The notes: generated from the sequence alone by a model not told the origin. A stretch of 64,000 bases of DNA from Convolutriloba macropyga (GCF_964194025.1 NC_134473.1:44268001-44332000), one strand, 5' to 3'. Shown: positions 1 to 13,671, numbered from the stretch's first letter. Translations and numbers: made by a program.

Positions 1-9
1 CAAACGTAA

Positions 10-2390
10 TTACATTTCTAACTTACAATGTAAGAAGTCTAGTCGACCTCAAACGCAGAACGAACTTTCTAAACTGTCTGTCAATGGAAAAAATGGATAT
101 TCTATGCCTAACTGAAACATGGTTAACAGACGATATAACCAAAAAACACAGCTTTCTTAATATGCTGTTGTTACAACCCACCAAAAGCAAAACCGTATAG
201 GTGGTCTGAAACGTCAATGATCGACTTTCTCGATGAGCTAAAGACACATGCGGAAAATGAAAATTGTGAAACAATTATTCTCACAGGCGATATTAATCAT
301 GAGAACACTTGTTGCAAAACATTGAACTCAACAAATGATTACAAAAACAAAATTGTTGAGAAATTTAGTGTATACAATTTTCAGCAATTTTGAACCATTA
401 AAAAATGGGACAACTGGATGTCTTCCTTACAAACAATCCCAATCAAGTAATAAACTGTGATACAAAAAACGAGTTCAATAAATCTTTTATTTCCGATCAC
501 GATGCTTTTACAGTGAAGGTTGAGGTGCAAACAGAAATGCAATCCGAAAACAAACAGCTTAAGTTTGCGTTCAAGAAAGCTGATTGGAAAGAGCTAAATA
601 ACTATATACTAGAAAACCTTTCAAACCATATTGCTACAGCAACATTGACGAACTATTCAAGCAATGGTATACATGGCTTGATGATGTATTAACTAAAGAC
701 GTTCCCAAAACCACGCTGCACAGATCCAACCTTCCGCCCTGGATGAAAAAGAAATCCTCCCATATCATAAAAGTCATATCTACTCTGAAAAGGGAAACTA
801 AAAACCCAAATCTTGGCAGACTGATAAAGATTAAAAAAGCAGAGAAGAAATTGAGAGATCCGCTGAAACAAGATCAAGCGGACTTTGAAGACAAAATCTG
901 CCGCGTGAGGAGATTCTCTGATCTGCAAAAGTATCTCAGGTCTGTCTTTAAATGCAATAAATACCCGGAAACAATGTCTTACAAGGACAACAAGACAAAT
1001 GAAGATAGCCAAAAGTGCAAAAACTTTAACGATTTCTTCTCCAGTATTTTCCTCAAAAGTAATACAGTTAAAATGAAGAACTCTTACGAAAAACAAAAAT
1101 TTATCAAAGTAAACATTGACGAAAGAAAAATCAAGGAGATACTAACCAAACTTCAGACAAATAAAGCTTGTGGACCTGATAATGTTGGAAATACAATCCT
1201 GAAAAACCTGCCAACCCTCTCAAAATCTTTGCATATAGTTTCCCAAGCCGCTTTAAATAAAAGCATACTGGAAAACAAGTGAAGTTATCCCAATTTTTGA
1301 AGATAAAAACAGAGCAATGATAGAGCAATACAGGCCGATCAGCTCATTTTGCAATGTCTCAAAGGTTTTAGAAAAGTTAACTTTCAATGAAATTTACGAA
1401 ATAGTCAAACCACATCTGGATAACTCTCAACATGGATTTAGGAGACATAGGTCTGTGGTTGCACAATTTCTGCTCTTTCTAGATTTTCTGTACAAAGAAC
1501 TTGATGACAAAGAAAGTGAATTGTTTGTGCTGTACTTAGATTTTTAAAAAGCTTTCGACTGCGTACCACACGACAAGTTACTAGAAAAACTTGAAGAGCT
1601 GCAAATCGGCGGAAACCTCTTGAAAATCATTGCAAGTTACCTCACTGAAAGAAACCAATATGTAAAAGTTAATGAAAGCAAATCTGAAATTTTCCCAGTT
1701 ACTAGCGGAGTCCCGCAGGGGTCACTCTTAGGTCCTCTCCTATTTATCATATACGTGAACGATCTACCAACTCTAATCAAATTATGTGACGTTTTTGGGT
1801 ATGCTGATGATTTCAAGTTAGTATCAACTCAGCCAGCTGATGTCCGAACGGATCTAGAAGCCATAGAAAGCTGGTTAAAGTGAAAAAAATGAAGCAGAAG
1901 GGAAACAAATGTTACGTTTTACCAGTAAAACAACAGCAAAACAGCGAATACCATTTCCAGCTCAATCTTAAATTCCTAGAGAGCAAGTTTGAACAAAAAG
2001 ATCTGGGTGTCATTATATCTGCAAAACTCTCTTGAAGAGCAAATAGTCTAAAACGATGTAAAAAAGCTTCGAAAGCTTTCTATTTTCTCAAGCGAAACGT
2101 ATCGGTTTTAGCAAACACTAGAACAAAACTTAATGCTTATGTGGGACATGTCATACCAGTAATAATTTATGCTTCAATGGTTTGGTTTGTTAACAAAACA
2201 GAGTGCAAAGAAGTACAACGTATCCAAAAGAAAGCCACGGCATGGATTCTCAGTAGTTGGGAGAATCAATGGTTTGGCTTGTTAGCAAACCAAGCCTCAA
2301 TGGTTTGGTTTGTTAACAAAACAGAATGCAAAGAACTAGAACGTATCCAAAAGAAAGCCACGGCAACAATTCTCAGTAGTTGGGTTATAT
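10..2390 (+). mobile_element. CR1/L2-group LINE ORF2 (APE endonuclease + RT), degenerate; piece 1 of 4
   Basis: APE motifs TYNVRSL, CLTETWL, LTGDIN, LDVFLTN, SDHDA; RT motifs [69 protein letters not shown]; many stops and frameshifts. Confidence 0.92.
2171..2383 (+). repeat. about 92-bp imperfect tandem duplication inside the LINE RT thumb region
   Basis: ASMVWFVNKTECKE..RIQKKATA.ILSSW is encoded twice (about 2171-2261 and 2293-2383). Confidence 0.9.
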
Positions 2391-4919
2391 CTGTGCCTTA
2401 GAACTGATATAATACAGGATTTTTTGAAATTTCGTGTTCCTAAAACAGATGTTTTTTTCGGAACAAGCGGTGCATAGTTTTCAACTAAAATTGCTAAGGT
2501 CGGAAATTTCCAGAGCATTTGACACGCATCATAAATGTGACCAAAAGCGAGCTGCTAGTCGAAAAGTTCTCCGTAAGAGTTTAGATAACAACCTATTACC
2601 CTCCGTAATTTTTGTTTTGTGCAATCGGGTTCGCAACCATGTAGTTGATTCTGAACAAAGACTGCAGGGAAAACTTGCGAAACTTTCTGAAAGGCAAGAC
2701 AAGCCGCTAAGAGCATCTAATGAGAAGACTGTAGCGGTTCTAGATAATATCATTTTGCCGGGATTCGTCAAGGACATGCTAGTTTTTTGTCCAAAGCATC
2801 CAATCAGGGACAAGTTTAAAGAGTTGCAAATGGTACTCAAAAAACATCAGAGGAACACCTTTAGATAGAGCATTAGCAAAAGTGCAAAAATATCTGCGTG
2901 ACAACGACCTGATTGCCGTTCCTTTTGATAAGGGTGTAGGGTCTTGTGTTATGAAAAAGAGCACGTACGCAGAAAAACTGGAAAAAGTTTTAGAAAAGAA
3001 TTGTGATAATATCGTAATGAAAAATGAAAAAGAACTAAACAAAGAGCTTTTGGATATGAGGAAAAAAGGGAAGATACCGGTTAAGATTTACGAAGCTTTG
3101 TCCACCGGAGCGCAACCGGCAAAGTTGTATGGATTGGCTAAAGTAAACAAAAAAGAAAGCCCTCTGAGACTTGTTCTCTTTATCGCGTGGTTACGATAAA
3201 CTTCCAAACAAGTTTCTAACAAGTTTCTAACAAGTTCGCTAAACAAGTTTCTAACACCCTTTTTCCAAAAGATTAAACGAGCAAGCATAGAAACTAACAC
3301 CAATGACGAACGAAAGACTCTGTAGCAGATAAAACTTGAAAAAGACGAACAAATCCTATCATTAGATGTAAAAAGTTTATACACCAACGTTCCCGTAAAG
3401 GAAGCCATTAACATTGCCCTGCGATCGCTTTATGCTAGGGACGATAAACCAGAAATACTTAGAACAACAATGAAACGTCTGCTTGAATTAGCCGTGACCA
3501 ACGTCCATCGCAAATGCAATGAAAGTTGGTACTGTCAGAGAGACGGGTTGGCAATGGGTGCGTCCTTGGCGGTTGTTTCGGCAAACCTTTGGATGAAATC
3601 GTGGGAGCCACAACTGAAATTACAGACATCTAATCGTAAAACCAACACACAATCTAACACTTGTCGCAATTGTGAACACCGTGTGACAGCACGTTCCAGG
3701 GGTGTTGAGTGTAAAGTTTGTAAATCAGTAACACAGAATATGATAGCATGGAAAACCAGTTCTGGAGGTGCTCATTCTTTCGTGAAAATGATCAGACTGA
3801 CATTAACCATTCGTCCGAAACTAAAGTTTTTCTGAGATATGTCGACAATTTTGCGAGAACAGTTAGAGGTGACACAAAAGAGCTGTTAGATGCGGTCAAT
3901 AACCTTCATCCAAATCTCCAATTTACATTAGAAACAACAGATGATAGAAACAATTTGCCATTTCTGGACATGTCAATCAACGTGCAACCGGAGTGGAACA
4001 CTTTTTGCACATGCTATCAAAAACCGATCCATTACTGGAACAATTCTGAACTATCGTAGCTGTGCACCCCTACAACATAAGAAAAGCATTATACAGGGAA
4101 CAATACACCGCCTGTTCCGAGTCACCAGCAATTGGGAAGCGTTCCATGAAGCATTGACAAAAAATGAAGAAATTTGGGAACGTAATTATTATCCTAGGCA
4201 TGGGGTAGGGAATATCGTCAAGGATACAATTAACCAGCTGCAAATGAAAGAACAAAGAAAAGGACAGAGATATAACGCTGGTTTAGCCGTTAAACAACAG
4301 GAAAATACTGAGAAACAACAATTCGTATTACAGTACAGAGGCAACATCTCTAATGAATTTGTAAAGAAGTTGAACAAAATTCATCCTGTACAGACTATTT
4401 TCACCACGCGATTTTCACCGATGGGAGTATATGTAATCGAGTGCAACGGTGATAAAAAACAGCTTTCCAGTGGAAGATATTTGACCAATGCAGCAACCAA
4501 TCTAAGTTAAGGACACTAGAGGCGCTCTATATAAGAACATTGAAACCAGCCATCAACACGCGCGACAAATACCGAACACGAGAATTGCACTGAAAGCTTA
4601 GTTTAAAAATGAAAATCCAACTGGAAAGACACGTTAAGAAACGAAAATTTCTTTTTTTAAATTGAACAAAACCAAAGTAAGTTTAAAGCAATATCTGTAG
4701 TTTTTTTTAAATAAAAAACATGTCGATATGCATCTGCTACATCAAATCGAAAAAGTATTTATACTCAGATGTAAATATTTTGTAGATACGATTATAGATA
4801 TGTAAAAATTTGTTTTAAATTTCCTTTAATGATTGATTTTAGTGATTTGCATTTTATTTTCTGGCTTTTCATTTTAGCATTTTGTATTCTTTATAACCTG
4901 ACGATGAACTCAGAGTTCG
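2391..4919 (+). mobile_element. Penelope-like element (RT + remnant GIY-YIG), degenerate
   Basis: PLE RT motifs VPFDKGVG, PAKLYGLAKVNK, SLDVKSLYTNVP, GLAMGASLA, RYVDN(D), LHPNLQFTLE, LPFLD; C-terminus LQYRGN...FTTR...LEALYIRTLKPAINTRDKYRTREL. Confidence 0.9.
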
Positions 4920-4926
4920 GCAAAAC
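4895..4926 (+). ncRNA. truncated minimal hammerhead ribozyme core at the PLE end
   Basis: AAC-CTGACGA-T-GAAC-TCAGA-GTTC-G; the GAAA box and stem III are lost at the junction where the LINE resumes; same core as at 26701-26737 (minus). Confidence 0.5.
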
Positions 4927-5121
4927 TCAAGCTTCTGCCGCTATCATACTACTTTGAACTCCATGATTTACTAACGCTATTAACTTTGTTGGGAGGCAAT
5001 TACAACATCAATTTGCCAAAAAAATAAACGAATGTGCAGTAAATACACGACAAAACGAGCTCATAGCAACTGATGAAGCTCGTACCAAAAAAGCGGATGA
5101 GAATTTTCGGATTAGATCCAG
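4920..5121 (+). mobile_element. LINE ORF2 continuation; piece 2
   Basis: Reads AKLKLLPLSYYFELHDLLTLL...GNY...NFRIRS, the typical post-RT segment of CR1-group ORF2. Confidence 0.85.
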
Positions 5122-5553
5122 TGGAGTCAGTGTTGACTTCCAACAAAAGGATTTAGAGACTTTACTTATGTTAATAAATATAAACTAAAACACTCAACAC
5201 TGATTGGTTAAAATTATGGAAATACCTTTCCTTTTAATGTTTAACTGTTTACCCGTTGGTAACACAACACGCTACCCCTTTAGTCCGTACCAGTCATACC
5301 TGATATAATAATAAAGTATATTTCTCTCTCTCTCTCTCTCTACTCCGCTCTTGTTTTAGTATTGAGATATACGTTAGACTTTAGCATTTCGGCCGGTGCA
5401 CTGTCTACTGAAGCTCAGATAGAAGAGTAACAGACTAGAGATCTAGAACTTTAGTTAGTCAGGTAAGCCTTAAGATTTGACTATATTCTTGAGCCACCAT
5501 AAGACAGAAGTAGGGTAACCTCTCAAGGTAACCCTACCTCAGCACACGTCTTA
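5122..5553 (+). repeat. 5' LTR (432 bp, TG...TA termini)
   Basis: TGGAGTCAGTG...CACGTCTTA matches 26186-26609 with about 7 substitutions and an 8-bp (TC)n length difference; contains AATAAA and a CAG|GTAAGC donor-like site. Confidence 0.95.
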
Positions 5554-5555
5554 TC

Positions 5556-5573
5556 TGGTGCGACCAGTGCCGG
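5556..5573 (+). promoter_or_regulatory. putative primer-binding site
   Basis: TGGTGCGACCAG starts 2 nt after the LTR; TGG is complementary to the tRNA CCA end; cognate tRNA not identified. Confidence 0.75.
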
Positions 5574-5672
5574 ACTATTTTGAAATAACAAATTTTCATC
5601 TTTTATTCTCCATAACGGAAAAAGTAACAATTAAACAAAGCAATCTCTAGAGGTAACAAAACAATAGTAACA

Positions 5673-8600
5673 ATGGCCAGTAATTACATAAAACAAACAA
5701 ATGCTAACAATTGCTTAATACCGTTTACAATCTCTGATGATTGTCCGCTAGAAAACCGCGAGACAATACACAGAATACTTATAAATTTGATGAATAACTT
5801 CTTCAAAGAAACAAAACACATACAACAAATCAGTATTCATAGAAACCATCTAGCACATTATCTACCAGTAATACTACTGGGTAGAGACCAATTTAACAAA
5901 CATTATATATTCACATTAACAGATGAAACAAAAAACAAGAAAACGTTTTATAATTTTCAAAATGAAACAAAACTATCAGATATGTTTAGAACATTCCTAA
6001 AAAGACATGAAGAAAAACAAGACAGATCAAAAATAACAGCAATACCAAATACATCATACGAATTACTCCGAAACACAATCGGATATTTAGATGAACAACA
6101 AAGACAAATACAGTCAGTAAACGATAGACTCAGAAATGATATAATAAATTATAATAATTGGTTAACAAAAATTATTGAACTTAAAACAGAATTAAAAAGA
6201 GCCACGTTTGATATTATTCAAATTATTCAGAATGCACATTCTTATTTTGGTTAGATAACTTTGAACACATTAACGAAAAACGAATAGAGTTTGGAGAAAC
6301 ATTTTACGAAGAAATTGAAAATCTGAATGAAGAGCTTAGACACATCTGGGATGGTGAGTACTATTCACCACATTTCGAAAGTACATTAAAAGTATGTTCA
6401 GACAGTATAATTTACATACAAGGACTAGAAGATTATATACAAATAACGGATCAAGGACAACTAGGTTCCTCATCATTTAGCCTATCAAAAACACTAACAA
6501 ATACGTCAACACCAAAAGACGTTCAAATAAACACAAGTCTGCAATCAAAACAAAAATCAACAATAAAACCAGACAAACACCTAACGTCAAAATTGTTCGG
6601 AAACCAACAAAACGTTGTAGACGAAATATATATTTCCGATTCAGATGAAAAAGAAAAAGAAATAAAATTTGGGAACTGGTTACCACCAACAGTAAATCGA
6701 GAGTTCGAAAGAAAACTCAACAAACAATGAATCCAGAATACATTAGAAACAATACATATATAGGCTCACTAAACGAAAACAATGATAATCACGATTTGCA
6801 TTGGGATCAACAAATGTACAACTACCATGACCTAAAAGACGAAATCACAGAAAAAGAAACAAATCATACAAATAAATTAATAGACAATATAGAAAACAAA
6901 TTCAGACAAATAGACGAAAACATGGAAAGAAAACAAGATGAAGCATTACAATCAATGTTTAACAGATTCGAAAGAACGATAAATGACATTAATATACAAT
7001 ATAACACACGAACAGAAAACAGAAATGTAGAAGACAATAATATCCAAAACAACAGACAAGAAATTAGAACACGAAGATCAACCCCAAGTACAACAAATTC
7101 AAATACAACAGAGGAAAGAGAGACAACCGTAACAGAACCTCCATTACCATTCTATAAACAATTGACATCAATGAGTATAACGAAGAACCGCAAATTGAAC
7201 AAAACATAAGCTGTGTTTCAGTACCAACGACAATAAGACCATTTGATGGCACAGATCCAGCATATACTGTCGAAGAATATCTAAACAGTATAGTAGCAGC
7301 AATGATATTTAGCAGTGGCATAGAACAAGTAAACAAACCAGGACACCAACAATGGAAAGTAAAAAGAGCAGCCTTAATATTACACACACTACAAGGTCCA
7401 GCTCAAAAATGGTATTCAACTCTCTCGAGTGAAACCAAACTGGATTGGGAAACATTTTGCAAAGAAATCTCGGATATGTTTGACTCAGAAAAATCAAAAC
7501 AACAAGCAAAAATAGTATAATAACAATTACAAATACATACAAACGAATGATTACGATCACTTGCTCTGAGAATAGAAACAATTGTCAAAGCAGCATATTC
7601 ACTTTATACAGAAGATTATAGAAATAGTGTAATGAATCAAACATTCATAAGATGTTTGGACAACGAACTAAGAACGGCAGCCTTGAAAAAACATGCAAAC
7701 CATAAACAAACACCAAGAGAACCAGAAATGCCATTTAAAGCACTAGTTGACAAAATAGATCAAATGGACTTAACAAGAACAATAACAAACAATCATAAAC
7801 GTTTATATGAAATTAACCAAACTACAAATAACATTAATGATGACTTAAAACAAATGAACATAGCTTGTAATAACATAAACGACCTGAATCAAAACGACTT
7901 GGAACAATTTGAAGGAACAATTGGTAACGTTCTAAACGGAATAAATAACACATACGATAGAAAAAATTTTAAAGGAAGACCAAAATTTGCACTATTTTGC
8001 AGTTACTGTAGTTCACACGGTCACACAAAAGGCCGAAGTTTTAAAAGACCAAGACGAGAAAGCATACCAAGACCAAAAGAAAAAACATTTTATGGTCACA
8101 TGAGATATAACCAAAACTTACCGAATAGATGAATCGACTCTAACAATGTCAATTGAAGACAACTACCATCAACGTCACCAGTGTACAACAGTTCCAGAAG
8201 CAGAACGCCATATAGATCACAATCAAGAAATAACTACAACGATACGTCAAATTATCATAGAAACAGCGATTCGAATAACAAATATAACAATAGAAATACA
8301 AGTTATAATAGAAACAATTTCAATAGAAGTAGAACAAACAGCTACAACAGAAACAATAGTTATAATAGATATAACAATAGTAGACCAAACTACAGATACA
8401 CAAATCGCAGCCAATCAAGACANNNNNNNNNNNNNNNNNNNNNNNNNNNNNNNNNNNNNNNNNNNNNNNNNNNNNNNNNNNNNNNNNNNNNNNNNNNNNN
8501 NNNNNNNNNNNNNNNNNNNNNNNNNNNNNNNNNNNNNNNNNNNNNNNNNNNNNNNNNNNNNNNNNNNNNNNNNNNNNNNNNNNNNNNNNNNNNNNNNNNN

Positions 8601-8900
8601 NNNNNNNNNNNNNNNNNNGACAGCAGAGATTCAAAGAGAACTGAAAGATACAGACAAAGATCAAATAGTAATAACAGACATTATTCAAACAATAACAATA
8701 GAAACGATAGAAGAAATTTGTCACATAGAGAACAAAATAACAGACAATCAAAAGACGGAAGAACAGATGGAAACAGATATAACAATAATCACAATAAAGG
8801 TAGAATAAAAAATATAGAGACAGATAGACCAAACGAAGATCCACCTGGCATTGATGAATACGAATACACATCCGAATCATCAAATGAAGAAATACTTGAC
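5673..8900 (+). pseudogene. gag: gag with long N-terminal extension, degenerate zinc knuckle and R/S/N-rich tail
   Basis: Near-continuous frame from ATG 5673 with frameshifts; capsid-like RPFDGTDPAYTVEEYLN...LQGPAQKWY; CSYCSSHGH knuckle; SRSRTPYRSQSR low-complexity tail; spans an N gap. Confidence 0.8.
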
Positions 8901-11900
8901 AAAATTTATAATGCGAACGAAGACACATGCAATACTATAGTGAATGCACTAGAAAGTAACCCAACATGGATTCTACCAATGTATCAGTGTAACAAATTCA
9001 AACAAGACTTTACAAAGCAAAAACCAGTATTAGAAATTGATTTTCTACTGGACTCTGGAGCAACATTAAACCTCTTAAATGAAGACACTTGGAATGAATT
9101 AAAATACAACAACCCTGATATACATCTCGAACGAGCAACCAAAACACTAACAGCAGCAAATAATACAACCATAGAAACATTTGGAACAATAACATTAAAT
9201 CTAACACCAGATAGAATATCAAACAACAGAAATAAAATAAAACACAACTTTAACATTCATTTTTATGTTACTCAATGTAATCACAACATACTTGGAACTG
9301 CATTCTTCAAGGAATATATAGAAACAATAAATGTAAATACGATCAAATTAACAATAAACACTAATACATTTCTAGATAATGACATTACATTTTTCATGAA
9401 CAGTACAAAAGGATATCCCTACTACTCTAGACTATACCCGATTTATAACAAAGAATCAATCTATCTCGAAAAAGAACAATATAAATGCATAACATTTCCG
9501 ATACCCATCTTCAAACAAATGGAAAAATCAAACGGAAAAGTAATTTATATTTCAAACTACTATTTCGAACCAATTAACAAGTATCACAATCTATCATTTA
9601 AGGATATAAAAGACCTTATAACAGAGACAGAACACTTCATGGACATATTCTTAGTCAATAAAAGTCAACACAAAATAACAATTAACGAAGGCTTAATTGG
9701 TTTTATGTATCAATACATCACATTCACAAAACAAAACGAAGAAATGTATCAGACTAATTCTCTAGACTTATATACAGCATTATATCACTTAACATATGAA
9801 AACGAAAATGATATCAACGAAATACTAAACAAACAGGACAATGAAACAATTGAACAAGTAGCTACATTCGAAAGAAAACCAAATTTCAAATGCAAATTTA
9901 ACATTAACAAATACACAGAAACAGAAAAAGAATTTATTCAAATGTTCGACTTTCAACATTCACATTTAACCCAAAACGAATTTGAAAAAGTAGTAACAAT
10001 CATATTAGACTACAGACAAGTCTACGCAACAACAAAATTTGACGTTGGGAAAACAAAAGTGAAACTCAATCTACCTATAAAGAAAGATGCAATTTTCAAA
10101 AAAACAAAGAATAAGCAAAGTATCAATACACTTAAGAGAAAGAATCCAGAAACTACTGGGCGTACTAAAAAAATACGACATAATTGCACCAGTGAACAAA
10201 GAACAACTATCTACAGAAAATACATTTACAAATCCAGTAATTATATTACGAAAGGGAGAATCCTTGAAAATAGTACTAGATGCACGATACTTAAATAGCA
10301 TGATCGATGAATCAAAGTGTAATTGGCCAATGGAACCTGTTGATGTCGCTCTAACACGTATAAATGAAACAATATTCACAACAGCTGATCTGAATAGCGC
10401 ATACAACCAAATACCACTAGACGAAGAATCAATGAAATAACTCATTTTACAATTGGCAATGAACAATATTGCTTTAAACGTTAATTTTACGGAATATCAA
10501 TCGGACCCGCAGCATTTGCATCAATACTAACACACTTTCTTTATCCATTAATTTGTAAAGGAACAGTAATAACATACGTTGACGATATTTTCATTCAAAC
10601 AAACTCATACGAACAAATGTACGAAACGCTCATTGAGTATCATAAAGAACTCTTAAAAGAGAACCTCAAAGCAGCGCCTGATAAAACATACCTTATGTTG
10701 AAAAAAGTCAAATTTCTTGGACATATCATTGAGGATAAAAAAGTGAAATCACTGACATCAAGGATTGACGGTTTTCAAAAATTAGAAACCCAAAAAGTAT
10801 GAAAGCATTACAAAGATACTTAGGAACAATTAACTTTCTTGCAAAATACGTATATGGCATGCAGCCAATATTACAAACATTCTACTATCTTTTACACAAA
10901 GAAACTGATTTTAAATGGACACAAGAACATCAAAAAATTTTTGAAAAGATGAAAAAAACAATAACACACAAGTTAGAACTAACGATGCCAGACGCTACAA
11001 AACCATTTTACATCATAACAGATGCATCAAATACAGGCATTGGAGCAGCATTACTACAACAACACCCAACTGAAAAGAAAATGAAATTAGTATCAGCAAA
11101 TTCTAGATTATTCACACCTATCGAAATGCGACTATCTACATTAATTAGAGAATGCTCTGCAATCATTTTCGCACTAACAGAGTGCGAATTCCTCTTAACA
11201 GGACAGGATCAAATCACCCAATAGTATTATTTAAAGACCATAAACCGATTATCTATCTATTTACTCAAAAGAACAAACCAAACCATAGAGTTTACAGAAT
11301 TCAACTCATATTACTGAAATTTCCAAACTTACACATCATTTGGACAGAAGGAAAAAATTTAGCCCTTCCTGACCTTCTCAGCAGAACACTAGACGAAGAT
11401 AATTTTACTAAAACACGTGACATAACAGTAGAAATGCCAGAAAACATAAAATTCTTCCTTGCGAAGACACCATTCGCAAATAACCTGGAATGCAAATATA
11501 GCATATGCAATAATACAAACGACGAAAATACATATCGATTACATTACCCCATATTAGCTAACATTCACAACAACTACTTCGAAATTGACATCGACAAAAA
11601 TGAATATCACCCAATATCATACGAAAAGTATCACAAAGAAACAAAAACAAAATTGATACCAAATTACAAACCGAAAAAAAAGAATTGGCAATCTCCAACG
11701 ATAGAGAAAGATGACCTCATTATTGAGAAAAATCAAAAAAGGACCGTACACAATTCATCAAGACGATGATTACCTTAGATTAATAAATAACATAACAATC
11801 CAACAAAAAAAAACTGTGAAAATGCAAAAATATCAGATACTTTCTACGACGAAAAAACAAAAGTAACAGAAAAACTAATTAAAGAAACTCAAATAATAGA

Positions 11901-13424
11901 TCCTGTACTTCACAAAGTGAAGATGTGGAAAAAACATAAAAGTAAACCACATTCAGTAACAATGGACATACGTTGAAATAAAGGACTATTCGCATACTTC
12001 AGAAAATACAAATCGATCATAATTGATGAAAAATCTGAATTAATCAAAATTGTGATAAATGTTCATAAAAAGTCAATACAAAGAATCTGTATACCACTAA
12101 CACTATTACTATGCATATTTTACGAAAACCATTGCATAGACCTAGTAGGTCACACAGGACTCGAAAAAACAAAACGAAACATAATGGAAAAATACTATTT
12201 TCCAAACCTTACAACTTGGATAAAAATACTAATTGCAGATTGTATACAATGCCAAACAAACAAAGTGTTTGCTAACACAAAATTGAAAAGTAAACAAGAA
12301 CAACTAGCACCAACAAAAACTTACTTTAACGAAATTATAATGATAGATACAAAAGGACCAATTTACCGTACATCAGAAGGAAATAACTACATCTTTGTCA
12401 TAGTTGACGCCTTTTCACATTATGTTACCATAATTTGTGCACCAAAAAACAATGCACACTATGCATTTACAGCATTATTTGAACATTGGTTCATGAAATT
12501 CGGACTACCCGAAGAAATTCGATCAGACAACGGATCTGAATACATCAATACAGAATTATGTAATTACTTCGAAATAAAGTTTAAACCAAGTACAACATAT
12601 GCACCCTGGACAAACGGACTAGTGGAAGGAACAAATAGAATAATTGGACAATTCATTAGAATATTACTAAATGAAAAGTACAATAATTGGTCTCGAAAAG
12701 CAAAATTCTTCCCATACGCGTACAACACACAATATCAAACACGACTAGGTATGTCACCTTATGAAGTTGTTTTCAGTCAGAAACCGAGAAAACCAACGAA
12801 AATTAAACTCGGAACAACAACGGATGAAATGGGTAACTGCAACTCATTGGATAAAAGTGCCTGTAACACACAACCTACACATACAAACTTAGAAAACCAT
12901 TTCAGCCATCCTAAAATCGCAAAATTACAAAAAGGAACATTCGCAAAATGGTTCCTAGACAAAGAAAAACACTACAACGATACATATCAAAAAATAACAA
13001 AAATTCTACTAAAAACAGAAACAAGCTAACAGATGAAATGAACATTCGATTTCGAACAGCAAAACCACTTGAGAAAAATACCTTTGTCTTAGTCACTAAC
13101 CAACAACAAATTGAAGGAGTATCGAAAAAACTATTATCCCTCAAAGCAGGACCATATTTGATTGTTGATAAACTAACCGAAACAACATACATCTTGAAAG
13201 ACAACAATAAAGAACAAATAACAATACACAGGAATCACATTGTACCATATTATCCAAAAGAAAAGCACATCAAATTAGAACTACAAAATTATCTTCTAAT
13301 AAAAGAAATACCAACACTGAAACAACCAAACACATCAACTTACATTCAAAAAGATATCCACAACCCGGATACAAAACATACACATCAATATAACCTTCGG
13401 AAAAGGAAGGTCACATTACGATAG
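8900..13424 (+). pseudogene. pol: pol: aspartic protease, RT, RNase H, integrase
   Basis: PR FLLDSGAT; RT TADLNSAYNQI, YVDDIFI, FLGH; RH ITDASNTGIGAALLQ, DHKP, LPDLLSR; IN H..GHTG...CIQC, IDTKGP, VDAFSHY, SDNGSEY, NGLVEGTNR, YNLRKRK end; several stops and frameshifts. Confidence 0.95.
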
Positions 13425-13435
13425 CAAAAACGTAA

Positions 13436-13436
<1 letters not shown>

Positions 13437-13494
<58 letters not shown>

Positions 13495-13636
13495 TAGTAA
13501 AATTAGTAATAAATAATTATATAATATTAATAAATATATAATTCATTACACGAAACTATGAAATTCAGATTAACAATTATTATTAAACAAGCTAACCCTC
13601 AAAGATATTATCTCTACATTAAGCTATATATCAATA

Positions 13637-13671
<35 letters not shown>
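13437..13671. repeat. (AAT)n and (AT)n microsatellites just after pol
   Basis: Directly visible simple repeats. Confidence 0.9.
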
